Notes under the pieces: generated by a model
What the model was told of the DNA's origin: nothing
Database searches by the model: none
Seen by the model: the letters and a program-made list of their open reading frames with translations, nothing else
In this document: positions 25,146 through 38,024 of the stretch, in pieces
How the letters are laid out: each line of letters begins with the position of its first letter
Numbering within the stretch: position 1 is the stretch's first letter
Position numbers and translations under genes: made by a program
Source: Macrostomum lignano
Lineage: Eukaryota
Reading direction: 5' to 3'
Assembly: GCA_002269645.1 (NCBI GenBank)
Contig: NIVC01002854.1
Coordinates: forward strand, 1 to 64,000
DNA: 64,000 nt

Positions 25146-28100
25146 ATGACTATAGGATACCCAAATGGAGCAGGTGATGACAGTGGCAACACCAATCAGT
25201 TTTACAGCCAGTATGAGCCTAAGGAAGTACTTGGCCAGTAAGTATCTTTAATTATATTTATTTTGGATTATTTATTTACAAAAGTGGCAAATATACACAC
25301 TAAATGAAGCCATTGCTTGACTCCTACCTCACAATTCCAGTGGCCTCAGTAGTGTGGTGCGAAAGTGCGTGGAAAAATCCACCAAGAAGGAATTTGCTGT
25401 AAAGGTTATCGACCTAAACAACTTGGATGCTAATAGCGAGGATGCGAGGGCTGACGCCATGAAGGAGCTCGAAGTTCTTCGCAAAGTCCAAGGCCACCCC
25501 AACATTATCCTGCTCCATGGCTACTTCGAAACAGCTGCATATGTGTTCTTCGTGTTCGAAATGTAAGTTTTTTGGTATTTATATGCACTAACTCATGCGC
25601 TTGTTCGCTTAGGTGTGGATCTAAATACATCAATTATACGAAAGAGTGTAGAAAAATGCGGATTCAATAACACAGCGGCCCCCTATTGGAACTTTTGATA
25701 GCTGTCCTAACGGCGAGCTGTTCGAGCACCTGAACAAGGTGGTTCGGCTGTCCGAGAAGCGAACCCGAGCGGTGATGCAGCAGCTGCTGGATGCCTTGCA
25801 GTTCTTGCATAGACGTAGCATTGTGCACAGGGACATCAAGGCTGAGAACATCCTGCTCGACGAAGCCATGAACATCAAGCTGACAGACTTCGGCTTTGCC
25901 ACCGAGGTAGAAGACGACGAGAGCCTCACGGACCTGTGCGGCACTCCCAGCTACCTCAGTCCAGAGATTCTCATTGTGAACATGTACGAGAGATACGAGC
26001 GGACTTCCGTGCATGGATACGGCAGGTGAGGCGTCTCAGAATTTTTACTGCACCCGACGGAGAGCCATTGGTCTGTGAGGGCAAAATCGTAACAAAAATA
26101 GTAGATAAATAAAGCTTAACATCGACATTGAATGCAAAAAACCAACGCGTCTTAACACACACGGGCTGTCGTAAGGGTATATTTGATCGCTGAAACACAC
26201 GAAAACTCTATCTATTATAAACGATAAAGCTGCCCCCCCCTATTTCGTGAGTCTTCGTGTGTTGGAACTGTAATTTGATTCTTCATTTTCCCAGCCATAC
26301 TGCAGGATCGACTGAAACGATTTTACAATGAGGCCATTTCTCTATCTAAACTACTTCGCTGTTCCTCAATCAGGAGGTCATTCCAATTACCTCCTCAATC
26401 CGCAGGGCGGTGGATATGTGGGCCTCGGGCGTGCTCATGTACACCATGCTCAGCGGATCGCCACCCTTCTGGCACCGCAAGCAGATGACCATGTTGCGGC
26501 TCATCATGGAGGGCCGCTTCAGCTTCGATTCTCCAGAGTGGGAAGAGATCTCGGACGCTGCAAAGGACCTCATTCGCAGGCTGCTCAGGGTGGACTCAAA
26601 GCAAAGACCAACTGCTGCTGAGGCACTGCAGCACCAGTTTTTTGCCCGGCAGGTGAGGCTATTGTGTTGATAGTTGTTCCGTTTATGCCATTCGCTCATT
26701 TCTATTATTGCGTTAGTGAAACAATAATGTCTCAGCCATCAATGCCGTTTTTGTTTTCATGAGCGTATTTTTGTTATATCCACTTTGCATCTTATTTCCT
26801 TAGGTATTTTTTTGAAATCAGAAAAGCAAATAATCTTTGGCGAATAGCTAAGACAAAAATCAAATATTTTTTGTTTTCCGCACTTAAAGTTTGCAACCTA
26901 TTCCCATCTCCACGTTTTAAGATAGACGCAAGCCTTCCCAGTGGAGTTCGTAGCCAGGTAACTACCAGAATATTGCAGTCAAATGCGCAGGTAGCATACA
27001 AATTGCCCGAGCTACCGGTTTGCTGTTCTGCTAGTTTCTAGTTTACATGCACCTGCCTGATTACTTAGATGCATTGTTGTTCTTTTGAATCCCGTTCAAT
27101 TGGTGTCAGCAGTAACGAGTGCAGTGCATTCAGTTTTTCAACATGTGGCATCAGCAACTGTCACTCTGGATTGGCGATTTTTCATTCACATTCGATTTTC
27201 GCGAATCGCACCAGCAGTAAATTGAAATCAGAGTACCTGCTATTAGTAAAAAAAAATTGCATTTGCACCTGCTAATTATTTAGTAAACTCGTTCGATGCA
27301 CCGAATTCAGAAAGCTCACGAACCGACAGCACGTTCGTTTGAAGCATTTCCACCATTGATTCTTGATTCGGCGCACTTTCCTTGTCCTGACAGTGTTGAT
27401 ATAGTTTCGCCCTTCTATATAATTTTAAGGAATCTAAAAGTGACAAGCACGAAGCACCATAGTACGACGGCTCGTAGCTCAAGATTGCTCTTTGTTGCCT
27501 ATTCAACAAGCTATTTCCAGTGCTGCACCAAATCACAGTATTTTCTGTATTTCAGTGTAAAAAGCCTTTTAACCATTTGTAGTTGTTTCATCACACACAT
27601 AGGCACCCCGGATTGCTATAGTGATAATTTATAGTTTGTTATTATCATTCCCTACCTCCACAGGAAGCCCTTTTCGAATTTTATCTGCATACCATCGTCT
27701 CTCTCGGTACCCAGCACCTTTGGTGTAAGTGCACTTGTCTGACTAGCTTTCTTCTCGGGCCCATCGACTCCTGCACTTTGAGTCTATACTCAACCACTAA
27801 GACCCGCCCTTCTTTTTTATATCGATTTCATTCTTAGACTAAGGATTACAGACTGCTCTTTTATTTTCCACCAATCCCATTCATAGGCTAAGGATTACAG
27901 ACCTGCCCTTCTATTTTCCACCAATCCCATTCATTGGCTAAGTGTTACAGACCTGCCCTTCTATTTTCCACCAATCCCATTCATTGGCTAAGGATTACAG
28001 ACCTGCCCTTCTATTTTCCACCAATCCCATTCATTGGCTAAGGATTACAGACCTGCTCTTTTATTTTCCACCAATCCCATTCATAGGCTAAGGATTACAG

Positions 28101-28923
28101 ACCTGCTCTTTTATTTTCCACCAATCCCATTCATTGGCTAAGGGTTACAGACCTGCCCTTCTATTTTCCACCTGTCCCATTCATAGGCTAAGGATTACAG
28201 ACCTGCCCTTCTATTTTCCACCTGTCCCATTCATAGGCTAAGGATTACAGACCTGCCCTTCTATTTTCCACCAATCCCATTCATAGGCTAAGGATAACAG
28301 ACCTACCCTTCTATTTTCCACCAATCCCATTCATAGGCTAAGGGTTACAGACCTGCCCTTCTATTTTCCACCGGTCCCATTCATTGGCTAAGTGTTACAG
28401 ACCTGCCCTTCTATTTTCCACCTGTCCCATTCATTGGCTAAGGGTTACAGACCTGCCCTTCTATTTTCCACCTGTCCCATTCATAGGCTAAGGATTACAG
28501 ACCTGCCCTTCTATTTTCCACCTGTCCCATTCATAGGCTAAGGATTACAGACCTGCCCCTCTTTGCAAGCTGACCACCCGAGATTGTGCTAAATCCCTGA
28601 TCACCTAAGTAAAGCCAGCTATCCCCGCCTTGGTCATCAAGGAGCTTCCACGCCTGTCGTTTGACCCGCGCAGCCGGTTCCGCTCCGCCATCCTGGCCGT
28701 CCGCTGCTTGTGTCGCCTCAGCCGTCTGCACTCGGCGCCCAGTCGGCTGGACATTCGGCGCCTTCGCTCGGATCCGTACAGCGTGCGCGCCATGCGGCGC
28801 TTGATCGACAGCACGGCGTTCCTGGTTTATAATCACTGGGTGAAGAAGGCGGAGGATCAGAACCGGGCGGCGCTATTCGAGAACTCGCCCAAAATGGACC
28901 TGCTCGAGTCCGTGCGAGAGTGA
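25146..28923 (+). CDS. PHKG: Phosphorylase b kinase gamma catalytic subunit; exons 25146-25237, 25341-25562, 25702-26025, 26406-26652, candidate 27664-27724, last exon 28619 (or 28642)-28923
   Basis: FYSQYEPKEVLG-GLSSVVRKC, FAVK, CPNGELFEHL, HRDIKAEN, TDFGFA, DLCGTPSYLSPE, DMWASGVLMYTMLSGSPPFWHRKQMTMLRLIMEGRF and the calmodulin-binding tail DPY..IDSTAFLVYNHWVKKAEDQNRAALFEN. All introns are GT-AG with consistent phases. The linker-exon arrangement is less certain. Confidence 0.93.
27835..28559. repeat. 50-bp intronic minisatellite (TAGGCTAAGGATTACAGACCTGCCCTTCTATTTTCCACCAATCCCATTCA), about 14.5 copies
   Basis: Directly visible tandem array in the last PHKG intron, ending about 60 bp before the acceptor. 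Confidence 0.95.
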
Positions 28924-30399
28924 GGCCTGGACTTGCTGGCTGGCTCGGCGATCAGCTTTTCTGTAATAGCTCCACTAACTTCCTCTTTCGTATTTTGCTG
29001 CTCGGCCATAAACCAGGCTTTCAAATATTGTGTGTCTCTAAGTACCTTACCTATCTGACTTGCCTACAATTCCCGAGCAATCTTTTGCTTCACTGCCTTG
29101 TTTTATAAATTCCGCTATCGGCTCAAATGCCTTGGTCAGCTCTCGGGCGCTCCGCACCGCCGCTGTTCACTTGAAGATTCCAGATAGATTTGCTAGCCTA
29201 TATTTAAGCTGCAGACTAAAGCTCGTGTCCATGCCGATGCAATCACGTGATACAGGCTGCTCTCTGCACTGTTTTGCTTAACTTTTGGTCGCTTTTTGAG
29301 ACGTGATCAAAAACTATATGAACAATAGTTGATCATTTGAATTGGGAACCCTGTTTTAGGTCTGCGCGCTCATTCTAATTTGGTGTACACTGTCTGTCAC
29401 CTGTGTTCTTTGTAGTCTTTTCCGTACAAATCCTAACTGTCTTCTTATGCTTCGTTCCGTGGACTTTTAAAATCTAGATTTTTATGCGCTTCAACCTACG
29501 AGTACATGAAATCAGCGATCAATAAAAATTAATGCTGTTCTGGAAAATGCCCATCGTCGTGGCTTCATTTTAATTGTTATAATTTTTAGGTAGCTAACTT
29601 ATCATGTGATGCATAACTAACGTAAATAATATAATTAACTACTTAAAATTCTGTTGCCAGCATTGAAGCTTAGTTGGCAAAAGTATACAGACGCTTTCAA
29701 TAAAATCTTGCCGGTTTTATTTTATCGTCAGTAATGTTAATATTTTGCGTTTTATCTCGGGTTAAACTCCAAAAGACAAACGCAGAGCAAAAGCAAGTGG
29801 CACAAAAGACCGACACACCCGGTCCAGAAAGGAGAAGTGAAGCCCTTAAGCGACGAAGTCTATTATTGTTGAAATAAAAAATATAAAAATATATATTGCC
29901 AAAGGCCGCGACGCGAGACTAAATAGCAGAGTGGAAGGGGAGGCGGCCCTAAGCCCGCAGGTCACCCGCACCCAACCAACTCACCAAAGCGAGGTCAGGC
30001 CGGCGCGGGATGTTTAAAACCAGCTAAAGTCAGATACCTGCCTCAAACTGACGTAGTCTGACGTACTTCTTTGCGATGTACATGTACGAGCTAGAATAAT
30101 AGCTACATGTACTAGTAAGAGCGATAGGAGCCAATGCGTGAACGGACGCTCCATTCTCAATCTGGAAGTTCATCGAACTTGAGCCATGCGCCAACAACAT
30201 TTGTGCACGAATCTTTCTTGGAAGACTTGCTTTTGCTGAGTACTCCTATTTAGAATTCGAACCTATGATTGGAATCAGAATTATGTTGACCGAGAATGCG
30301 AGTATAACCTGCCTAAAATCTCTTTCGAAAAACCTAGTACTTCTACTTGTAGACTAGATTATGTACTAGCTACTTACTGGTACTACCAGGAAACTTCAA

Positions 30400-30820
30400 C
30401 TCAGCGAAACTGGAGAATGCTTGAGAGACTGAGGATGACCAGCAGTTGAAGTTTTACATTATTGATGCTTGGTGAGAGATATCAAAGAAACTCGCAGCAT
30501 GGTGTCCCTATAGTCCACCTGGTGTCATCTGTTGAATGTGCCGACGGCGACGGATCGGGGATGACGGAATGCTTGAAAGTAGAAGAGGAAGTCCAAAGTT
30601 TGAGGTTTGCCCCACTGTCGAGGCTTGATCAGCGAAACTAGCGAAATTCGCAACATAATGGTGTCCATAGTCACTTCGTGCCATCTGTTGAAGGTCCAGA
30701 AGCTCCGCCTGGGTGCAGAAGGCCAGTGACCAACAAAGTCAGAGCTAAATGCAGACACATGTCGTCGACGTGCTGATGAAGTTACTCGTAGGAGGCTTCG
30801 CAAGGCTGGCACTGAGTTAA
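30400..30820. mobile_element. Fragment of the same family as 9857-11175 (right half, lacking the 172-bp MITE)
   Basis: Shares GAATGCTTGAGAGACT, CTGTCGAGGCTTGATCAGCGAAACTAG, CTGTTGAAGGTCCAGAAGCTCCGCCTGGGTG and ATGCAGACACATGT with 10510-11050. Confidence 0.7.
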
Positions 30821-31043
30821 TGACATGCATTATGATATTGTGCCTTCATATGGGTGTCTGTTTAAAGTAAATTGTCTTATTCCCCACTTGGTCGCTTGAA
30901 TAAGTTTATATGTATTTCAGCGCCAGAATGATTTTTCTGTGAGATTTTACCATAGATATCCATTCCTGCACAAAAGCGTGCAAGAATGAATGCTGAATTG
31001 TCTGAATTGTCTGAATTGAATTTCCGCTAGTTTTTTAGAACTG

Positions 31044-31491
31044 GGGCCCGTGCTATAGAATACTCTTAACTCCTAAATCCTTAAGAGTGTCCTAACTCCT
31101 AGCTCCTAGCTGGCTTTTCTGTGCTATAGAATCAAGAGTAAATTTTAAGATCTAGGAGGCTCCTTAAGGACGTTAGGAGACTCCTGGGTGAATTTAGGAG
31201 AACTCATTAAGGTCCGTGGCATTCTTTCCTTAAATGATTGCGCAACACTCCTTGAACACACCCCCACTCCTAGGCTGCACTCCTTGCAAGAACTCCTAGC
31301 TCCTAACTCTTAACTCCTGAAATCAATAGCACACAAAATTCAATCACTCCTTGTCAAGAGTACTCTTGAGTCCTAGCTCCTAACTCCTAACTCCTGAAAT
31401 CTATAGCACACAAAATTCAATCACTCCTTGTCAAGAGTACTCTTGAGTCCTAGCTCCTAACTCCTAACTCCTGATTCTATAGCACGGGCCC
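31044..31491. mobile_element. PIF/Harbinger-like MITE
   Basis: TIR GGGCCCGTGCTATAGAAT / ATTCTATAGCACGGGCCC with a 3-bp TSD CTG on both sides (CWG-type). Internal CTCCTAACTCCTAG repeats and a tandem duplication near the right end. Confidence 0.75.
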
Positions 31492-31679
31492 CTGGACTGG
31501 ATTGAAGAGTAAAGGGTTTTGCTTATTTCATTGTACGTCTGTACTATTACTCATCATTTGCCTATTTTACCTGCCCCCCTCCGCGCCTCACGCCACCTTT
31601 CTCACCCCCCATTCTGATTGGTAACGTACGAGTACATAGTAATTCATGCACATTTACAACCCCCCCTCGCTAAATCCTG

Positions 31680-34600
31680 TGTCAACCCCGCCTTCTACTT
31701 AATAAATTGAGAATAAATATACCTAGCAAGACTAGACTGCGCGTACCCTTTTGATTTGTTGTCTGCTACGATTGTCGATTGCGAGGCTAGCCGCCAAGTG
31801 CTGCATTCTCGATTCTTTGGATTCTCTTTTCAACATTTTGGTAGCAGAGCGTGGTTCAGGTAAATAGCCAGCCACGAATTGAATCACGAATGGCCAGCCA
31901 CGAATTGAATCACAAATGGCCAGCCACGAATTGAATCACAAATGGCCAGCCACGAATTGAATCACGAATGGCCAGCCACGAATTGAATCACGAATGGCCA
32001 GCCACGAATTGAATCACGAATGGCCAGCCACGAGCAGACTGGCTGCTCAGAAGATGAAAAAAGAGATCAGCACTGAGGAGCGGCTTCGCATCGAACAGTT
32101 TCGACGAGTGAAAGCAAGAACGAAGTCTGCAGCAACTAGAACTCGAAACCGGCTGGTACTGTTGCTACAGAGCGACACCGATCATGGAGCGATCCAGCAA
32201 GCGTGCGATGCAGCCACTGCAGCACACGAGGAGTGCGTGAAGCTGCTTGACGCATTCTATGACTAGCTCCTTCAGCAAGAAGCCACAGAAGAAGCTCGAG
32301 ACAAAGACAAAGGCGGGCCATTCTCAGACTAGCAGCAGTGAAGCCGAGTTGGCAAAAAGATCTTTGGAAGATGCTTCGGCGTGTAGAGATTCTAAAGTTC
32401 GGCGGCGAAAAGCAGCAGTACGAATCTTGGAAAGCCGCCTTCACTGCTCGTATTGATAGAGCTCCTGCCACACCAGAGTTCAAATTGCTTCAACTCCGAC
32501 AGTATCTTCAAGGGCCGGCTTTGAAATTATTCGAACATCTGGGTCACTCTGCCGCTGCTTACGAGGCTGCAAAAGACAGATTGGAACGCGAATTTAGGGG
32601 CAGCCGCCGATGCTCTGTATCTTGAAGAGCTCGATAACTTTCCACTCATCCGCTTCACCAATGCAAAAGAGCATAAGCAATTTTCTAATCGGTTAGATGT
32701 CGCAGTTGTAAATCTCGAAGAGTCTGGTAAGGTCTCAGAATTGACTGACGGGCTATTGACTACGCAAAGTTGCAGAAGAAGCTCCCTGAGCAGATGGTGG
32801 CGCGTTACCGACGTTGGCTATTCGAAGGACATAGGCAAGAGAGCGTAAAGATTTTGCGTGAGTGGGTGCTGATAGAAGCCGCCTTCCAGACAGAAGCCAT
32901 GTACATGTAGATTGTGCACGGTGTGACGAGTGAAGAGAAGGTTAAGGAGACGCGGTCCAGAACGTTTCTTGTAGATCATCAGCAAATGTCTCCGTCAAAA
33001 TCTTGCATGCTGTGTCAAGATCAACATGAGCTGTGGAAGTGTCCAACGTTTAGACAGCTGTCAGCTGAAGATCGCTGGAAGGCTGCGCGTGATTCAAAAT
33101 CGTGCTTTTGCTGCTTAGCTCGCGGTCATGCTGCTCGGATATGCCGTCATGGACGTCGATGTGAGATTGAGGAATGCAACAAGTTTCACCACCGGGCTTG
33201 CTGCATTCTGACGAGGCGGGAAAAACTGAGTCGAAGAGAAATTCGTCGGCAGAAGGAGTAAAAAAGAGCGCTGAGTCGGGTCGCAAAGGAGCCGCCGTAA
33301 CGATGATGGCAGGAAGTGGAGGTGCAACGTCGCTGCGAACTGTTCCAGTGGTTCTCAAGGCAGGCAGCTGTGTTGTGAAAGTGAGCGCACTGTTGGACGA
33401 CGCGAGTACAAAGACGTATGTGAATGCAGAGATTGTTGAAGCTCTGGGACTGGAGGGCAATGTGGAGCGAGTGAAAGTGAACGTTTTGAACGGACAGACA
33501 GAGAAATTCTTGACAGCTCCGGTTACGATGACGCTCTGATGACGCTCAGATGGAAGTCTGAGTCGTCCGATCACGGCATTCACGACAGACAGCGTCACCG
33601 GGAAGCTGAAGGCCACGGATTGGCAGACGACAGCAGCGGATTGGAAACATCTGGAGCATATTCCATTTCCTCAGCTCCATGCGCCGCATCTCATAGACCT
33701 GCTGATAGGAGTGGATCATGCGGAGCTACATGTGTCCTACGGAGAAGTTCGCGGTGGCCCTAAGGAGCCACAGGCACGTTTGACTCCCCTTGGATGGACA
33801 GGTGTGGGTCAGGTAGAACAGATTCAGCACCAGACAAACTTGGCCAGCACCTTTTTCTGTTTCACCAGCGAGGAGATGCTGTCACCAGTGCTACGTAAGT
33901 TCCGGGAGGTCGAAGAAATCTGGTCAGCTCAGGACCAAAATTGGACAGCGGACGAGCAAGCTGCAGTCGAGCAAGCTTCGTTAAAGGTAACTAACGGCCG
34001 ATACCAGGTGGGAATTCCGTGGAAGCCAGAGGCGAAAGTTCGCTCGAATAACTATGAGATAGCTTTGCAACGGCTTTGCAACACAGAGACCCGATTGAAG
34101 AAAGATGTGGAGGTGGCAAAGCAATACAAGCATGCCTAGAGCGATATGGGCAGCAAGGCTACATTCGGCACGTTGCAGTAGAGGGGTTCTCAGCCAGAAG
34201 GTGCTTTCTGCCGCATTTTCCGATCATTCGATTCGACAAGCTGACGACAAAGGTTCGCATCGTCTTCGATGCCTCGGCGGGCGGGAACGAAAAGTCCTTA
34301 AATTCCCTGGTCTTCCCACGGCCGAAGCTTCAGCGAGAATTGTTTGACGTTCTGCTTTGCTTCAGGAGAGATGCGGTGGCTGGGGCTTGTGACATCTCCG
34401 AGATGTACCTCCAGATCGAAATGGCACCGGAGGACAGGCCGACGCATAGCTTTCTACGGCGTGAGATGGACTCCAGCAAGCCTGTTTAAATTTTTGAGAG
34501 CAACCGCATCGTTTTCGGCAACTCGAGCTCGCCGTTTCTTGCTCAGTTCGTAGTTCGTGAGCATGCGGAACGCCTGAAAGAAGAGCTGCCATTAGCTGCA

Positions 34601-35291
34601 GACGCTGTTCAACTCCACCTATATGGACGATTGTTTAGATTCGGTCGGGTCAGAGACTGAGGCGATCCAGCTGTTTCAAGAGTTGAAGACTCGCTGGGAG
34701 CGTGCAGTCATGCACCCCAGGAAATGGATGTCCGATTCGCGAGAACTGTTGAGCAGAGTGCCACCAGAAGATCGAGTAGCCGAAGTAACATTGGAAGGCA
34801 CACCGCTGCCATCCATCAAGACGCTTGGTGTAGAATGGAGAAGCGATCGGAACAAGTGCACCTTTAAAGTCGACCAGCCGTTTGCTGCGAACCGCATCAG
34901 AGAGACCAAGTCTGTCACAGATCCGGACCAGTGGAGGTGTGTCACGACCGAATTCCATCCAGCCGATGCGTTGTCTCGAGGAACTTCAGCGAAGCAGCTG
35001 ACGGAGGTTGACAGCTGGTGGCATGGACAAAGGGTGACTGGTCGGAGCAGAGTCGTTAGCATGAATGAGGAACGATCGGCGGTCAGACGATTAGACCCGA
35101 CCATGGCGACCAGGTTCTTGAGCTCAAAGCGGCGCATCTGCATGCAAGGCGAGACGGCTCGATTCGCGACCATCTGCTGGCTGCCGCGGAGAGACGGGTG
35201 CGAGTTGCGAAAGTGCAGCTGGTTGGCAAGGCCTCCACGAGGCCGATTGCGAGGCTGCGTCCGCTAATCACGAAAGGAGGCTTGAGAACTG
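31680..35291 (+). mobile_element. Truncated, decayed BEL/Pao LTR retrotransposon
   Basis: LTR end CAACA at 31835, then PBS TGGTAGCAGAGCGTGGTT (31839-31856, complementary to initiator tRNA-Met). DUF1759-like gag (KFGGEKQQYESWKAAF..KLLQLRQYLQGPA), Cys/His knuckles, LLDDASTKTYV protease, FLPHFPII..KVRIVFDASA, DISEMYLQI and YMDD RT. Many stops and deletions; the 3' part and 3' LTR are absent. Confidence 0.88.
31870..32033 (+). repeat. 26-bp tandem repeat (AGCCACGAATTGAATCACGAATGGCC) x6 in the BEL leader
   Basis: Directly visible between the PBS and gag; each unit contains an ATG. Confidence 0.9.
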
Positions 35292-35459
35292 AGTAGTTGA
35301 AATTTTTGGCCAAACTTTAATTTATTGAAAAAATTCTGCGATTTAGCGATCATTTCCTTAACTTCGACTAACCGTTGCATGCGTTTCGATTTCGATGTTT
35401 TCAGCTTCAAGCTATTTTGGTGATGGGATAACGCGCTACATTTTTCTTTTTGTGGCTTT

Positions 35460-36266
35460 AGTAGAATGCATGAGGGGGCTTCTGGGACAAAATTTTTCAC
35501 CTCCTCCATAATCCCATTAAATCCATCTATATTGTCCCTGACAGAATCAGAAAAAAAGGGAGGTCGCACTCGCTCACAAAACGTCCTCCATAATCCACCT
35601 AAATCCATCCATATTATCCCTGACAGAATCAGAAAAAAGGGGGGTCGCACTCGCCCACAAAACCTCCTCCATAATCCCATTAAATCCATCCACATTATCC
35701 CTGACAGAATCTTGAAAAAAGGGGAGGGTTCGCACTTGCTCTGAAAACTTCGAACATAATCGTATTAAATCCATCCATATTATCCCTGAATCAGGGTCCT
35801 ACTCGCTCACAAAACGTCATCCATAATCCCCCTAAATCCATCTATATTATCAGAGCATAACAAGTGTCCTACATAATCCACTGACATCCACCCATAGCAT
35901 CTTCGAAACAATCAGAAAATAATCTGCATTCTTCTCCCCACATTCAATCCGCAACGCGAAACCAGATCCCTAAGACTTTAAATCATCAGCGCAGGGTGCT
36001 CATCCTCCGAAAAAAATCTAAATTTTCTCTAAAAATGTTTCCAGTTGTCTCTCCAGGTTCTCATTACAAAGCGCACGAGCCTAATTACAAGAGTAAGTAC
36101 CAATGCAAACTAGAATGCAGCGAGTACATGAGAAAATATTGGCCCGGTGTTGATATCAATGTCCCTAATATTAATCTAGCTCTCCAAAGACGCTGGTTTC
36201 ATAAGTATGGAGTAACCTACGTAAAAGATTACGACAGCTACTAAAACTTTGCAGAAATCATTAAGC
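35460..36266 (+). repeat. Polinton left TIR (last 5 bp displaced to 40719-40723 by the LTR insertion); contains about 82-bp internal tandem repeats
   Basis: Reverse complement of 59524-60335. Units starting CCATAATCC recur at about 35506, 35588, 35669, 35754 and 35821. Confidence 0.95.
36035..36244 (+). pseudogene. TIR-encoded ORF, left copy (premature TAA)
   Basis: AAAAATG start; MFPVVSPGSHYKAHEPNYKSKYQCKLEC..; codon 36242-36244 is TAA where the right copy has TAT. Confidence 0.55.
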
Positions 36267-38024
36267 TGTCACGTTATTGGCGTAGCGGCCAGCTATGCGG
36301 TGACCCTTAAAAAGGCCGTTTTAGTCCCAAAATAAGTTGAAGTCAATTCTTGTAAAGCGGATTTTGTAGCGGAGCACTTGGCGATAAAGGCAGGAACTGC
36401 CGTAGTTGTCTTTATTGTTAATATCAGTATTAAGTTGGTTGTTACTGGCAATAAACAGACTATAGCTTTCTGGGCACTGGCGGCTGCAGCAATGGGTTGA
36501 ATATAATTTGGATATGAAGTCAAGTGGCAGGCGAATGACACAATGGCGACGTGACGTGAGCAGTGGCTATGAGCACGGTGAAGGCGGTGAAACGTAGTGG
36601 TGAGTTGGCGTCGGTCGTGGCGTGAAACAGTCAAGTAAGTGTGTGAGCAGGCTGGCCCAGACAGAAGGGCCGTGGTGAGAAATAAGGAGGCTCGAGGCAG
36701 CCAGACAAACAGATAAGACAGCTAAGAGGCCGCAGGGAAGGAAACAAGGGACAAGCGGGGAGAGACGAAAAAGCGTGAGGGGTGCCCGCCGCCAGGCGGG
36801 GGGTTTAATAAAAGAGCGCAGAGGGGGGTAGCGCGAGCACGAGTGATTTCATTGGCTGGCGAGAGAACTTAAAATTATCGATCGTGCCAAATTTATACGG
36901 TGGCGAGAGAGGATAGCAAAATATACAATGAATTATAAATTGCCACAAAATCGTTGGGCACTACTACAAGTAAACGTCGCAATAAACGAATGGAAAAGTT
37001 TAGTTGAAGCGGTGAAACTGAAGGGTTGAATGACTATGGAAAACCAGCAGTCCAACGGCCCTTTTCGGGACCACCTTAAACTGACAACGTCACACTCGCC
37101 TCCCTTCCGAAAAAGGATAGGGTCGCGCAAAAAGAAAACCAACACGCGGGGTGACGGCAAGAAAAACACAGCATGACCGCAGCAAATGAAATTACAGTAG
37201 AATGAATTACAGTGGGGTTGAGTCAGTTTGTATGAGCATATGATTACTGGAGGCTTTAGGGATTACTAACCCACAGGCTTATGAGTGGCTGAATAATCGA
37301 AGTCAAATTACAGAACAGGTGGTAGGATTACAGAAAGTTACAGAACATTACAAAGAAGAGCTAGCACGCGAGGGAACCAGTGGAGTGAAGGTGTGTAAAC
37401 GATGCAGAATGCATCCGCTGCAGGGTGCAGCCAGCCGACAACGGCTCAACAGCTGGGCCGGTCCCGGTGGACCGCATGGGCTCGCCCCCAATGGGACGCA
37501 GGCGCCGCCCAGACACGCGCACAGAGGCGCAAAGAAAAACCAGGCACAGAGAAAAGAAAGAGCGTTGAAAAACGCCTATGGCGCCCGGCTTTCGAGGTCC
37601 GGCACCGCAACAAAATGGGATGTTTCACACGCTCGCAAAAAGAAGTGAAGAGGCTGAAGGGGAATACGAAAACAAAGGAACAGACTGCAGTAAATAATGA
37701 ATACAGGTAGATGAATGGTGAAAATCAAAGTCAACGTAGGTATGGCAGTGAGAATAACATTGGTTACAAAAGTAGCGCAGAGCGGAGCGCGCGGGGCACG
37801 CGAACGCACAAAAAAACGACAGGACGAACAGAGGTGACAAGACAGATGAGGCAAGGAGCACAGAACAAAGGTGACAAGACGGATGAGGCAAAAGGACACA
37901 GAGCAGAGGCACAAACAGAAGCACAGAACGGAGGCACAGTCCGGACAACTGCGGGCAAACGACGACAAGCGCCAAGGGCGGCGGGACACGACGCGGCGCG
38001 CCAAACAGGCGGGAGGGGGAAAAC

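Noticed and set aside
26374-26405. Upstream alternative acceptor for PHKG exon 4 (CTCAATCAG|GAGGTC)
   Set aside because: 32 nt upstream of the working acceptor, so it shifts the frame.
27835-28559. CRISPR-like appearance of regular arrays (also 39340-39880 and 38025-38520)
   Set aside because: No unique spacers between constant repeats, no cas genes, and a eukaryotic context.
35292-35297. AGTAGT as the Polinton left terminus
   Set aside because: No matching inverted sequence or TSD; the real end is 35460 (TIR match and GGCTTT duplication).
36293-36634. 113-aa ORF duplicated at 39913-40254
   Set aside because: It lies inside the LTR, and the duplication simply reflects LTR identity; no homology cues.
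36267-37094. Retrozyme (hammerhead in the LTR) hypothesis for the non-coding LTR element
   Set aside because: I could not find a CTGANGA..GAAA core with flanking helices on either strand by eye; a covariance search would be needed to exclude it fully.
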